This document shows positions 28,382 to 38,688 of a stretch of DNA of 59,607 nt, one piece after another. The stretch is from Thermoleophilaceae bacterium (GTDB lineage Bacteria; Actinomycetota; Thermoleophilia; Solirubrobacterales; Thermoleophilaceae). A program made the position numbers and the translations under genes. The notes below the pieces were generated by a model. The model ran no database searches. It was given only the letters and a program-made list of their open reading frames with translations, and had not been told where the DNA came from. Location of the stretch: positions 1-59,607 of the forward strand of contig JBJMLG010000231.1 in NCBI GenBank assembly GCA_045805385.1, read 5' to 3'. How positions within the stretch are numbered: the first letter of the stretch is position 1; each line of letters starts with the position of its first letter.

Positions 28382-28574
28382 TGACTCTTACTTTACTTTG
28401 TGAAGTTCGAGCGCCACGGCCCGGGGCAGCGCTTCGAGATCCCCGTCCACGAGCAGCTTTCGCGCATCCAGCAGCAGAAATCCGTACCCTGCCGATTGAG
28501 CCTCGCACGCGGCGCGCCTCGTACCACCGGCAGCGCCTCACGCCCTCGACTCCCCCCGAAGTGGAACGCCCGAG

Positions 28575-30047
28575 ATGACCACACTGGACACCCCGCGCGC
28601 GAAGAACCTCGCGCTCCTGCTGCTCGCGATGACGCAGTTCATGATCGTCATCGACGCGTCGATCGTGAACGTGGCGCTGCCGTCGATCGGCAAGGCGCTC
28701 GACTTCAGCCAGGACAACCTCTCCTGGGTCGTCAACGCCTACGTGCTCACGTTCGGCGGCTTCCTCCTCCTCGGCGGCCGCCTTGCGGACTACCTGGGCC
28801 GCCGCCGCATGTTCGTGTACGGCCTGATCCTGTTCTCGATCGCCTCCCTGCTGGGCGGCCTAGCGCAGTCCGAGGCCTGGCTGATCGCCGCCCGCGCGCT
28901 CCAGGGGCTGGGCGCCGCGATAGTCTCGCCGGCCGCGCTCTCGATCGTCACGACCACTTTCGCCGAGGGCGCCGAGCGCAACCGCGCGCTGGGCGTGTGG
29001 GGCGCCGTCGCCGGAGCGGGCGGCGCGGCCGGAGTCCTGCTCGGCGGCGTGCTCACGCAGTGGGCAGGCTGGGAGTGGGTGCTCTTCGTGAACACGCCGA
29101 TCGGCCTGTTCGTCGCCTTCCTCGCGCCGCGGCTGCTCGCGGAGAGCAGCGTGCCGGAGAACGAGCGCGGGTCGTTCGACATTCCGGGCGCGGTGTCGGT
29201 GACCGCGGGCCTCGCGCTGCTCGTCTACGGCTTCGTGCAGACGCCGAAGGACGGCTGGACCTCTGGTGCCACCATCGGCCGCCTGGCCGGCGCGCTGGCG
29301 CTGCTCGCGATCTTCCTCGCGATCGAGACGCGCGAGCGGAACCCGCTCATGCCGTTCAGCATCTTCCGCCTGCGCACACTGCGCGGCGCGAACGTCGTGG
29401 GACTGCTGATCGGCATGTCGCTGTTCAGCATGTTCTTCTTCATCTCGCTGTACCTCCAGCAGGTGCTCGGGTTCAGCGCGCTGAAGGCCGGTCTCTCGTA
29501 TCTGCCGCTGGCTGTCACGATCATCATCTCCGCGGGGATCGCGTCGCAGCTCGTCACACGGCTCGGCTTCAAGCCGACGCTCGTGGCGGGGATGCTGTTC
29601 ATCGCTGCCGGCCTCTACTGGTTCTCCAAGGTGAGCGCCCCGGGCGGCAGCTATCTGAGCGACGTGCTCGGTCCGTCGCTGCTCGCGGCCGTCGGCCTCG
29701 GCTTCTCGTTCGTGCCGAACACGATCGCGGCGGTGACGGGCACGAGACCGAACGAGGCCGGGCTGGCGTCCGGCCTGATCAACACCTCGCAGCAGGTGGG
29801 CGGCGCGCTCGGCCTCGCGGTGCTCGCCTCGATCGCCAACTCGCGCACGAACAACGTGTTCGCTTCGGGCGTGAAGTCGCGAACCGTGGCGCTCACCGAG
29901 GGCTTCCAGGACGCGTTTCTCGTCGGCACGGGGATCGCGCTGCTTGGTGCATTCCTGACGGCCGTGCTGATCTCCTCGCGCGACTCGAGAGAGCACGCGC
30001 AGGCGGCGCGGCGCGGTGAAGCCGCTCCTGCCACCGCGGCGGGCTGA
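28575..30047 (+). CDS. MFS transporter, DHA2 (EmrB/QacA-like, 14-TMS) family
   Basis: LLLLAMTQFMIVIDASIVNVALPSI...WVVNAYVLTFGGFLLLGGRLADYLGRRRMF (motif A), with about 14 hydrophobic segments. Confidence 0.88.
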   Translation: MTTLDTPRAKNLALLLLAMTQFMIVIDASIVNVALPSIGKALDFSQDNLSWVVNAYVLTFGGFLLLGGRLADYLGRRRMFVYGLILFSIASLLGGLAQSEAWLIAARALQGLGAAIVSPAALSIVTTTFAEGAERNRALGVWGAVAGAGGAAGVLLGGVLTQWAGWEWVLFVNTPIGLFVAFLAPRLLAESSVPENERGSFDIPGAVSVTAGLALLVYGFVQTPKDGWTSGATIGRLAGALALLAIFLAIETRERNPLMPFSIFRLRTLRGANVVGLLIGMSLFSMFFFISLYLQQVLGFSALKAGLSYLPLAVTIIISAGIASQLVTRLGFKPTLVAGMLFIAAGLYWFSKVSAPGGSYLSDVLGPSLLAAVGLGFSFVPNTIAAVTGTRPNEAGLASGLINTSQQVGGALGLAVLASIANSRTNNVFASGVKSRTVALTEGFQDAFLVGTGIALLGAFLTAVLISSRDSREHAQAARRGEAAPATAAG

Positions 30048-30075
30048 GCGCCCCGGTGCTAGGCGCGGGGCGCTC
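30046..30075. terminator. Hairpin between convergent MFS and small secreted protein genes
   Basis: Perfect 10-bp stem GAGCGCCCCG / CGGGGCGCTC with a 10-nt loop. It overlaps the MFS stop codon and has no clear U-tract. Confidence 0.45.
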
Positions 30076-30093
30076 GTTGCCTAGAGCGGATCG

Positions 30094-30495
30094 CTAGCGC
30101 GCCGGCGTGAAGAAACCGGTTGCGGATCCGAAGATGCGGAAAGTGCCACCCGGCATCGCCGCCGTGACGTCGAAGGTGCAGGTGACCAGAGCACCGTGGG
30201 GATTCGACTTTGCCGCTGTGTTGGTCTGCGTCTGAGTCGACCCTCCGGTGGGCGTGAACTGGGTGGTGATGTTGAGCGCCTGCGGTACGAATACGCTCGT
30301 GCTGCCCAGGATGTGGGCCGGACTGAACCGTCCGTTGCCGTTGACCACGGCGCTGACCGTCTGGCCGCCGCAGTTTGCAGGGAGCACCAGGCTGTTCTTG
30401 GCGTTGACCGGGTCGGCCGACGCCGTCGGCGCGAGTACTGCAAGCGCAAAGATCGCGGCGACGAGCACCGAGTGGCGTTTGAGCATGTCGAACAC
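30094..30495 (-). CDS. Small secreted protein of unknown function
   Basis: Strong SD (AAAGGAGTG) upstream of the ATG. Signal peptide MFDMLKRHSVLVAAIFALAVLAPTASA. Mature part is about 105 aa, Thr/Gly/Asn-rich and beta-strand-like, with two Cys. Confidence 0.65.
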   Translation of the reverse strand: MFDMLKRHSVLVAAIFALAVLAPTASADPVNAKNSLVLPANCGGQTVSAVVNGNGRFSPAHILGSTSVFVPQALNITTQFTPTGGSTQTQTNTAAKSNPHGALVTCTFDVTAAMPGGTFRIFGSATGFFTPAR

Positions 30496-30623
30496 TCCTT
30501 TTGGCGCGGAGACTCGTGCCTCCGTCGACGTAACTCGCCGCCTATGGTGCCCGGCGCCAGGCGCGGCATAACGTTCCCCGTGCGGATGGGCGCGCTAACC
30601 GAAGGACGCGCCGTCGTTTCCGA

Positions 30624-30696
30624 TAGCTCCGGGTGGATTCGAACCACCGACCTCGCCATTATGAGTGGCGCGCTCTAACCGCTGAGCTACGGAGCC
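30624..30696 (-). tRNA. tRNA with CAT anticodon (elongator Met, or Ile2 if lysidine-modified), no encoded CCA
   Basis: Reverse complement folds as GGCTCCG-TA-GCTC-AGCGGTTA-GAGC-G-CGCCA-CTCATAA-TGGCG-AGGTC-GGTGG-TTCGAAT-CCACC-CGGAGCT-A. It lacks initiator features (no C1xA72 mismatch, no GGG/CCC in the anticodon stem). Position 1:72 would be a G-U pair. Confidence 0.85.
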
Positions 30697-30726
30697 CTGC
30701 CGAGAGTGGGAGTCTAGAGCCAACCT

Positions 30727-31611
30727 GTGCTGCTCACGGTGCCCAATGTCAGCGAGGGGCGCGACCTCGCGGCGATCGAGGCGCTGGCCGCGTCGTTTGC
30801 GCCGGCGCGCCTGCTCGACGTCCATGCGGACCCCGATCACGGGCGGAGCGTCTTTACGCTGGCCGGCCGGCAGGGAGAGATCTCCGCGGCGCTTGTGAAC
30901 GGCGCGCGCGCCGCCGCGGAACGCATCGATGTCAGCTCCCACGACGGGCTGCACCCGCACGTCGGCGCGCTCGACGTGGCGCCCGTCGTCTACCTGGATC
31001 AGGCGGACCGTGGCGCCGCGTGCGCCGAAGCCCTCACGGCGGGCGCGCTGATCGGCGACGAGCTCGGGATCCCAGTGCTCCTCTACGGGCAGCTCGCCAC
31101 GAGCGAGGACACGCGCGAGCGCGCGGACATCCGCCGCGGCGGCCCCGAGGAGCTCGCGCGCCGCGTCGAGGCGGGCGAGCTGCGGCCCGATTACGGCCCC
31201 GGGCGCGCCCACGCGCGGGCGGGCGCGGTGCTCGTCACGGCCCGGCCCCCGCTGATCGCCTTCAACGTCGACCTCGCGACCGACAACCTCGAGCTCGCCA
31301 AGCGGATCGCGGCCCGGCTTCGCGAATCTGGCGGCGGCCAGCCCGGCGTGCGCGCGATCGGTCTGCCGCTGGCCGATCGCGGGCGCGTGCAGGTGTCCTT
31401 CAACGTGCACGACCACCGCGCTGTGCCGCTCCGCCTCCTCGTGGAGGAGGTCGCGCGCGAGGCGCCGATCGCGGAGGCCGAGCTCGTCGGGCTCGCGCCG
31501 CGGGCGGCGTTCGAGGGCTTCCCGGACGACGTGCCGCTCCGGGGCTTCGATCCCGAGCGGCATCTGATCGAGGAGGCGTTACGCTCCATGCCCAGTGGCT
31601 CAGACGCGTAA
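30727..31611 (+). CDS. Glutamate formimidoyltransferase (stand-alone FtcD N-terminal domain)
   Basis: LLTVPNVSEGRDLAAIE...LLDVHADPDHGRSVFTLAG...HPHVGALDVAPV. Confidence 0.85.
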   Translation: MLLTVPNVSEGRDLAAIEALAASFAPARLLDVHADPDHGRSVFTLAGRQGEISAALVNGARAAAERIDVSSHDGLHPHVGALDVAPVVYLDQADRGAACAEALTAGALIGDELGIPVLLYGQLATSEDTRERADIRRGGPEELARRVEAGELRPDYGPGRAHARAGAVLVTARPPLIAFNVDLATDNLELAKRIAARLRESGGGQPGVRAIGLPLADRGRVQVSFNVHDHRAVPLRLLVEEVAREAPIAEAELVGLAPRAAFEGFPDDVPLRGFDPERHLIEEALRSMPSGSDA

Positions 31612-31987
31612 GAAGCGACGCCGCAAGCACCGCGGCACCCCCGCCGGCACGATCGAGCGGCACGGCCGCACGAGCAAGTCGCACGCCGGCGGCTCGAGCC
31701 GCTCGTCGAGCGGGAGTAAGACGAACGCGCGCGACCGCCGCCTCGAGCGGATGAACAAGCCGCCCACCTGGAGGGGCGCGATCCAGCGCGCGGGCATCGC
31801 GGCGCTGCTGTTCGTGGTGCTTGTCGTCCTGATCTTCAGCCAGGCCGTGGGTGCGGCCGTCGCGCTCGGTGCCTTCATGCTGATCTTCTACGTGCCGGCG
31901 GGCTACTACATGGATCTCTTCCTCTACCGGCGCCGCATGCAGAAGCTCGGCCGGCCGGACGAGACGCGCCGGCGGAAGGAGGCCTGA
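31595..31987 (+). CDS. Small membrane protein with a highly basic N-terminus
   Basis: GTG start 17 nt inside the end of the upstream gene. MAQTRKKRRRKHRGTPAG..., then two TM helices IAALLFVVLVVLIF and AAVALGAFMLIFYV. G/C-ending codons. Confidence 0.5.
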   Translation: MAQTRKKRRRKHRGTPAGTIERHGRTSKSHAGGSSRSSSGSKTNARDRRLERMNKPPTWRGAIQRAGIAALLFVVLVVLIFSQAVGAAVALGAFMLIFYVPAGYYMDLFLYRRRMQKLGRPDETRRRKEA

Positions 31988-31988
31988 C

Positions 31989-32627
31989 GTGGACGTGCGC
32001 ATGTTCACGGTCGGGCCGATCCAGGAGAACACCTACGTGATCCGGCGCGACGGCTCCGACCGCGCGCTGATCATCGATCCCGGCGAGGAGGCGCCGCGCC
32101 TCCTGGCTGCCCTCGATGAGCTCGGGCTGAAGCTCGACGGGATCCTGCTCACCCACACGCACTTCGACCACGTGGGCGCGGTCGCACCGATCGCGAAGGC
32201 CACCGGCGCCGAGGTGTGGGTCCCGGAGATCGAGAAGGGCGTGCTCGCCGACATCATGTCCTACGTGCCCTGGGCCGGCTTCGGGCCGTTCGAGAGCTGG
32301 GACGCGGAGCACACGCTCGAGGGCGGCGAGACGCTCGAGCTCGCCGGCTTCGAGATCGACGTGATCTTCACGCCCGGCCACAGCCCCGGGCATGTGACGT
32401 TCTCGATCCCGGACGAGCGGGCGGTGCTCTCCGGCGACGTGCTGTTCCAGGGCTCGGTCGGCCGCACCGACCTGCCGGGGGGCGACTGGAACACGCTGTT
32501 CGAGTCGATCCGCAGCCTGATGGACAGCCTTCCGGAGGACACGACCGTCTACCCGGGCCACATGGGCATCACCAGCCTGGGCGCGGAGCGGGCGAGCAAC
32601 CCGTTCCTCGGCGAGCTGGCCAGGTAG
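31989..32627 (+). CDS. MBL-fold metallo-hydrolase (glyoxalase II-like)
   Basis: LLTHTHFDHVGA (HxHxDH), TPGHSPGH, and GDVLFQGSVGRTDLPGG. Confidence 0.85.
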   Translation: MDVRMFTVGPIQENTYVIRRDGSDRALIIDPGEEAPRLLAALDELGLKLDGILLTHTHFDHVGAVAPIAKATGAEVWVPEIEKGVLADIMSYVPWAGFGPFESWDAEHTLEGGETLELAGFEIDVIFTPGHSPGHVTFSIPDERAVLSGDVLFQGSVGRTDLPGGDWNTLFESIRSLMDSLPEDTTVYPGHMGITSLGAERASNPFLGELAR

Positions 32628-32629
32628 TC

Positions 32630-33873
32630 GTGGCAGCCCCGAAGCTCCAGGCCCCGAGGGGCACATTCGACGTGCTGCCCGCGGAGGGGCTCCGCCGCGA
32701 ACGGCTGCGAATCCTCTCGGAGAACCTGCTCGGCGCGGCCGGCTACGAGCCTTTCGAAACGCCCATCTTCGAGGCCACCGAGCTGTTCGCACGCGGCGTG
32801 GGCGAGAGCACCGACATCGTGCAGAAGGAGATGTTCACCTTCGAGGACCAGGGCGGGCGCTCGCTCACGCTGCGCCCCGAGGGCACCGCGCCGATCGCCC
32901 GCGCGTACGTGGAACACGGCATGCACAAGCTCCCGCAGCCGGTGAAGCTGCGCTACTGGGGTCCGTTCTTCCGCCACGAGGCGCCGCAGGCCGGCCGCTA
33001 CCGCCAGTTCAACCAGGTGGGCATCGAGGCGCTCGGCTCCGACGACCCCTCGCTCGACGCCGAGGCGATCATGCTGCTCGACGAGTTGCTGCGCGCAGCC
33101 GGCGCCACCGGTCTGCGCCTGCGCCTCTCGAGCCTCGGCACCGCCGAGACACGGCGCGAGTACGGCGAAGAGCTGCGCGCCTACCTCCACGCGCGCGAGC
33201 CCGAGCTGTCCGAGGAGGTGCGCTCCCGCATCGACGCGAACCCGTTGCGCGCGTTCGATTCCGACGATCGGGGCACCCAGGCGGTCATGGCCGAGGCGCC
33301 CAGGCTGCTCGACAGGCTCTCCGACGAGGACGCGCAGCACTTCGAGCAGGTACGCGCGCTGCTCGACGACGCCGGCGTTGAGTACGAGCTCGACGGCACC
33401 CTGGTGCGCGGCCTCGATTACTACACGCGCACGGTGTTCGAGTTCACGAGCGACGCGCTCGGCGCCCAGAGCGGCGTGGGCGGGGGCGGCCGCTACAACG
33501 GCCTGGTGCAGCTGCTCGGCGGCCCGGACACCCCGGGCGTGGGCTGGGCGGCCGGCATCGAACGCATCCTCTTGGCAGCGGGCGAGCCGGAGGCCGTGGA
33601 GGAGGAAACAGATGTCTTCGTCGCGCGCGAGGATGGTGCCGAGCCGACGCAGGTGTTTCGTGTGCTGCGCGAGCTGCGCTCCGAGGGGTTGCGCGCGCAG
33701 GCCGAGCAGGCCGGCAGGTCGATCAAGGGGCAGCTCAAGCACGCCGACCGGATCGGCGCCCGCTCCGTCGTGATCGTGACCGGTGGAGAGCTGCGCGTGC
33801 GCGACATGCGGAGCGGCGAACAGCGCGACGCGGGCGACATCGCCGAGGCCGTGCGCCTGGTGAAGGAGTCGCG

Positions 33874-33877
<4 letters not shown>
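32630..33877 (+). CDS. hisS: Histidine--tRNA ligase
   Basis: Internal GTG at 32630. KLQAPRGTFDVLP...KEMFTFEDQGGRSLTLRPEGTAPIARA...YWGPFFRHEAPQAGRYRQF...GGGRY. Confidence 0.92.
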
Positions 33878-35679
<1,802 letters not shown>

Positions 35680-35888
35680 CGCCTGTTTCGTTGCTACGCT
35701 CGGTCTCGGCTCGAGCCTGTGCGACAGCCGTCTCGTTACTTGAACCAACACCATGGGAGTCGGGTGCCCGACTCTGGAGAGGGCCGTGGTCCTCTCTGGC
35801 GGGCGCCCAATCTTGTTTACGCAAGGTTCAACTCCCGAGGCGGCATCGGCAGGCTGGGGCCAACCTTCTTTCTGCGACCCTTGAGCAC

Positions 35889-37361
35889 GTGAACGAGTTC
35901 GCGGACCATGTGACGTTCCCGCGCGGCAAGGGCGCGCTGCCCGATGCAGCGCACTCCGGCGCCGCCGGCGGAGCCGCGTGCGGCGACCTGATCCGCATCG
36001 CGGTGCGCATCGAGGGCGGACACGTGGCCGAAGCGGGCTTCGACGCAAGCGGCTGCGCAGCCGCCACGGCGGCCGGAAGCGCGGTGGTGGAGTTGGTCGA
36101 GGACGAGCAGTTCCTGGACGCCGCGCGCGTATCCGCGGCTGACATCTCCGAGGCGCTGGGCGCACTGTCGAGCGAGCGACGCCACGCTGCTGAGCTGGCC
36201 GCCGACGCGCTCCACCGCGCGCTGGGCGCCGCCGCCAAGGACGGCGTGATGACCGCCGACCCGAGCGAGCGCCGCACGCTCGTGGCAATGAGCGGCGGAG
36301 TGGACAGCGCAGTCGCCGCACAACTCGCGCTCGACCGCGGCGACGAGACGGTCGGCGTGACGCTCGAGCTGTGGGCCGACCCGGGGACCGACGGCACCAA
36401 GAGCTGCTGCTCCCCGTATGCGGTCACCGGCGCACGGGCGCTCGCGCACCGCATGGGCGTCCCTCACATCACCCTCGACCTGCGCGAGGAGTTCAGGCGC
36501 GAGGTCGTGGACGACTTCTTGAGCGCGCACGCGGACGGCGCGACGCCGAACCCGTGCGTGCGCTGCAACGGCCTGGTGCGGTTCGACGCGATGCTCGAGC
36601 TGGCAGCGAGCCTCGGCGCGGCGCGCCTGGCGACCGGCCACTACGCGCGCATCGAGCGCACGCCGGAGGGGCCGTTGCTGAAGGCGGCGGCGGACGCCAA
36701 CAAGGATCAGTCGTACATGCTCGCGCGGCTCACGCCGGACGAGCTGGAGCGGCTCTGGTTCCCGCTGGCCGAGCTCGAGAAGCCGCGCGTGCGCGAGCTT
36801 GCGGCGACCGCGAGCCTGCCGGTCGCGCGCAAGCCGGAGAGCCAGGACCTCTGCTTCCTCGCGGGCACGAAGCGCGAGGACTTCCTCGTGCGCCACCGCG
36901 GCCCAGGGGCAGGCGAGGGCGAGCTCGTTACCCCGGACGGACGCGTGATCGGAACCCATCCCGGGCACGAGACCTTCACTGTGGGCCAGCGGAAGGGCAT
37001 CGGCGTCGCGGCGGGAGAGCCGCTCTACGTGATCCGCAAGGACCCCGCGGCGAACCGTGTGACCGTCGGAGCAATCGAGCACCTCGCCACCACGGAGGTG
37101 CTCGTGACCGGCGCCACGCTCCACCGCGAGCCGGCCCGCGTGAACCGCGTGAAGCTGCGCTATCGCTCTGCGCCGGCGGCGTGCCGAGTTGCCCGCATCG
37201 ACGACGATCGCGTGCTGCTCGAGCTCGCCGAGCCGGTGCACGGCGTGGCCCCCGGACAGACGGCAGCACTGCTCGAAAGCGATCTCGTCGTAGGCTGCGG
37301 GATCATTGCGGCGCCCGAAGGCGTCAACCATGACAAGGGGGGAAAGCGGATTGCCGCCTGA
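35889..37361 (+). CDS. mnmA: IscU/SufU-like domain fused to tRNA-specific 2-thiouridylase MnmA
   Basis: G/C-ending codon bias starts near GTG 35889. N-terminal ADHVTFPRGKGAL, GGAACGD, DASGCAAATAAGS. From aa 121, MTADPSERRTLVAMSGGVDSAVAA (PP-loop), NPCVRCN, DQSY, QDLCF. Confidence 0.8.
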   Translation: MNEFADHVTFPRGKGALPDAAHSGAAGGAACGDLIRIAVRIEGGHVAEAGFDASGCAAATAAGSAVVELVEDEQFLDAARVSAADISEALGALSSERRHAAELAADALHRALGAAAKDGVMTADPSERRTLVAMSGGVDSAVAAQLALDRGDETVGVTLELWADPGTDGTKSCCSPYAVTGARALAHRMGVPHITLDLREEFRREVVDDFLSAHADGATPNPCVRCNGLVRFDAMLELAASLGAARLATGHYARIERTPEGPLLKAAADANKDQSYMLARLTPDELERLWFPLAELEKPRVRELAATASLPVARKPESQDLCFLAGTKREDFLVRHRGPGAGEGELVTPDGRVIGTHPGHETFTVGQRKGIGVAAGEPLYVIRKDPAANRVTVGAIEHLATTEVLVTGATLHREPARVNRVKLRYRSAPAACRVARIDDDRVLLELAEPVHGVAPGQTAALLESDLVVGCGIIAAPEGVNHDKGGKRIAA

Positions 37362-37743
37362 CACGATTGAGCTGACGACGCCCGTGGGGCGCGACTGGGA
37401 CCCGGTCGTGCGCCTCGTGCTCGGCGGCATCGCGGACCGCCTCAACCTCGGGTTCGAGGAGCTGGACGATCTGCAGCTGGCCGTCGAGCGCCTGCTGCTC
37501 GAGGCCCGCTCCCAGGACTCGGTCCGCCTCTCGTTCGAGCTCTCAGACCATGGCGTGCGCACCCGCATCGGCCCGCTTCGCGGCGAGGCGCTCGCAGACG
37601 CGTTACAGGGGCCGCCGCCACCGCCGGGCGAGCTCACGCTGCGGCGCATCCTCGAGACCGTGGTCGACTCCTTCGGCGTGGAGGGAGTGGAGGCTGACGG
37701 CAGCCTCGTAGTGCGCCTCGAGAAGATCGTGCGAGGGGGCTGA
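37330..37743 (+). CDS. Anti-sigma-factor-like protein (RsbW/UsfX-sized, kinase motifs absent)
   Basis: Sits immediately upstream of the sigma gene. ATG 37330 is preceded by GAAGG (alternative TTG starts at 37306 and 37351). Pattern DDLQLAVERLLLEA...VRLSFELSDHGVRTRIGPL...SLVVRLEK. Confidence 0.5.
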   Translation: MTRGESGLPPDTIELTTPVGRDWDPVVRLVLGGIADRLNLGFEELDDLQLAVERLLLEARSQDSVRLSFELSDHGVRTRIGPLRGEALADALQGPPPPPGELTLRRILETVVDSFGVEGVEADGSLVVRLEKIVRGG

Positions 37744-37745
37744 CC

Positions 37746-38489
37746 ATGCCGGGGGCGCCCACCCCGGCGATGACGGACCGCGAGCTGCTCCGGCGCTACC
37801 ACGTGGACGGAGATCCGAACGCGCGCGAGCTGCTCGTGCAGCGCCACCTTCCGCTCGTGCGCTCGCTCGCGCGGCGCTACGCCGGCCGCGGCGAGGCGCT
37901 CGAGGACATCGAGCAGGTGGGCGCCATCGGCCTGATCAAGGCGATCGACCGCTACGAGCTCGAGCGTGAGGTGGCGCTCACCACGTACGCGACGCCGAAC
38001 GTGGTGGGGGAGATCAAGCGCCACTTCCGCGACAAGGGGTGGGCGATCCGGATCCCGCGCGGGCTGCAGGAGCTGAACGCGAAGATGTCGTCCACGATCG
38101 AGCGGCTCACCGGCCAGCTCGGACGCTCGCCGAGCATCGCCGAGATAGCGACAGAGCTCGACGCCACGCCCGAGCAGGTGCTCGAGGCGATGGAGGCCGG
38201 CTCCGCCTATTCACCGGTGTCGCTGAACGCCGGGACGGGCGACGACGGCGACCTCGACCCGATGGAGACCATCGGCAGGGAGGACGAGGAGTTCGAGCGC
38301 AGTGAGCAACGCGCTTCGCTCGAGCCGGCGCTCCAGGCGCTGCCCTCGCGCGAGCGCGAGATCCTGCGGATGCGGTTCGAGGACGGCATGACGCAGACGC
38401 AGATTGCGGAGCGGGTCGGCGTGTCGCAGATGCACGTGTCGCGCCTCATTCGCAAGTCGCTCGGCCGCATGCGCTCCGAGCTTTCTTGA
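37746..38489 (+). CDS. RNA polymerase sigma factor, SigB/SigF/SigG subfamily (group 3)
   Basis: LEDIEQVGAIGLIKAIDRYE...TYATPNVVGEIKRHFRDKGWAIRIPR...REREILRMRFEDGMTQTQIAERVGVSQMHVSRL. Confidence 0.9.
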   Translation: MPGAPTPAMTDRELLRRYHVDGDPNARELLVQRHLPLVRSLARRYAGRGEALEDIEQVGAIGLIKAIDRYELEREVALTTYATPNVVGEIKRHFRDKGWAIRIPRGLQELNAKMSSTIERLTGQLGRSPSIAEIATELDATPEQVLEAMEAGSAYSPVSLNAGTGDDGDLDPMETIGREDEEFERSEQRASLEPALQALPSREREILRMRFEDGMTQTQIAERVGVSQMHVSRLIRKSLGRMRSELS

Positions 38490-38688
38490 AGATCCCTTAA
38501 TGAGCGCATAACCGCACTACACGGCGGTTCTTAGCGGGCAGAGGTGTAACGTGTCGAGCCGCGAATCCTTGGAATGCGCGTTGTTTTGCCGAGGGGGGAG
38601 TAGGAGAAAGGGGCGCGGTGCGTTCATGCATGTGCAGGCCCCGCGAACAGCGGGGATTGGGTCACATGGGTATTGAGGTCGAGGCGGC

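Noticed and set aside
28398-28415. Possible Rex operator in the divergent ABC-exporter/MFS intergenic region (TTGTGAA at 28398-28404)
   Set aside because: Only one half-site is present. The expected TTCACAA four bases downstream is absent (the sequence reads GTTCGAGCGCC).
30094-30696. tRNA-Met-adjacent gene as a remnant of an integrated genomic island
   Set aside because: No integrase, no direct repeat of the tRNA 3' end in the flanking 600 nt, no GC or codon shift in the gene, and the flanking genes are ordinary.
30595-31563. 322-aa minus-strand ORF
   Set aside because: It overlaps tRNA-Met and is antisense to the well-supported formimidoyltransferase gene.
35691-35888. Upstream part of the track ORF 35691..37361 as an N-terminal extension of the IscU-MnmA protein
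   Set aside because: Many codons end in A/T, unlike the rest of the gene. The translation is Trp/Cys/Arg-rich and not protein-like, and the region forms stable hairpins. Homology to IscU/SufU begins near 35889.
35817-38024. 735-aa minus-strand ORF opposite the mnmA fusion, anti-sigma and sigma genes
   Set aside because: Shadow ORF with an Arg/Ala/His-rich nonsense-like translation. The plus-strand genes are recognisable and have the expected codon bias.
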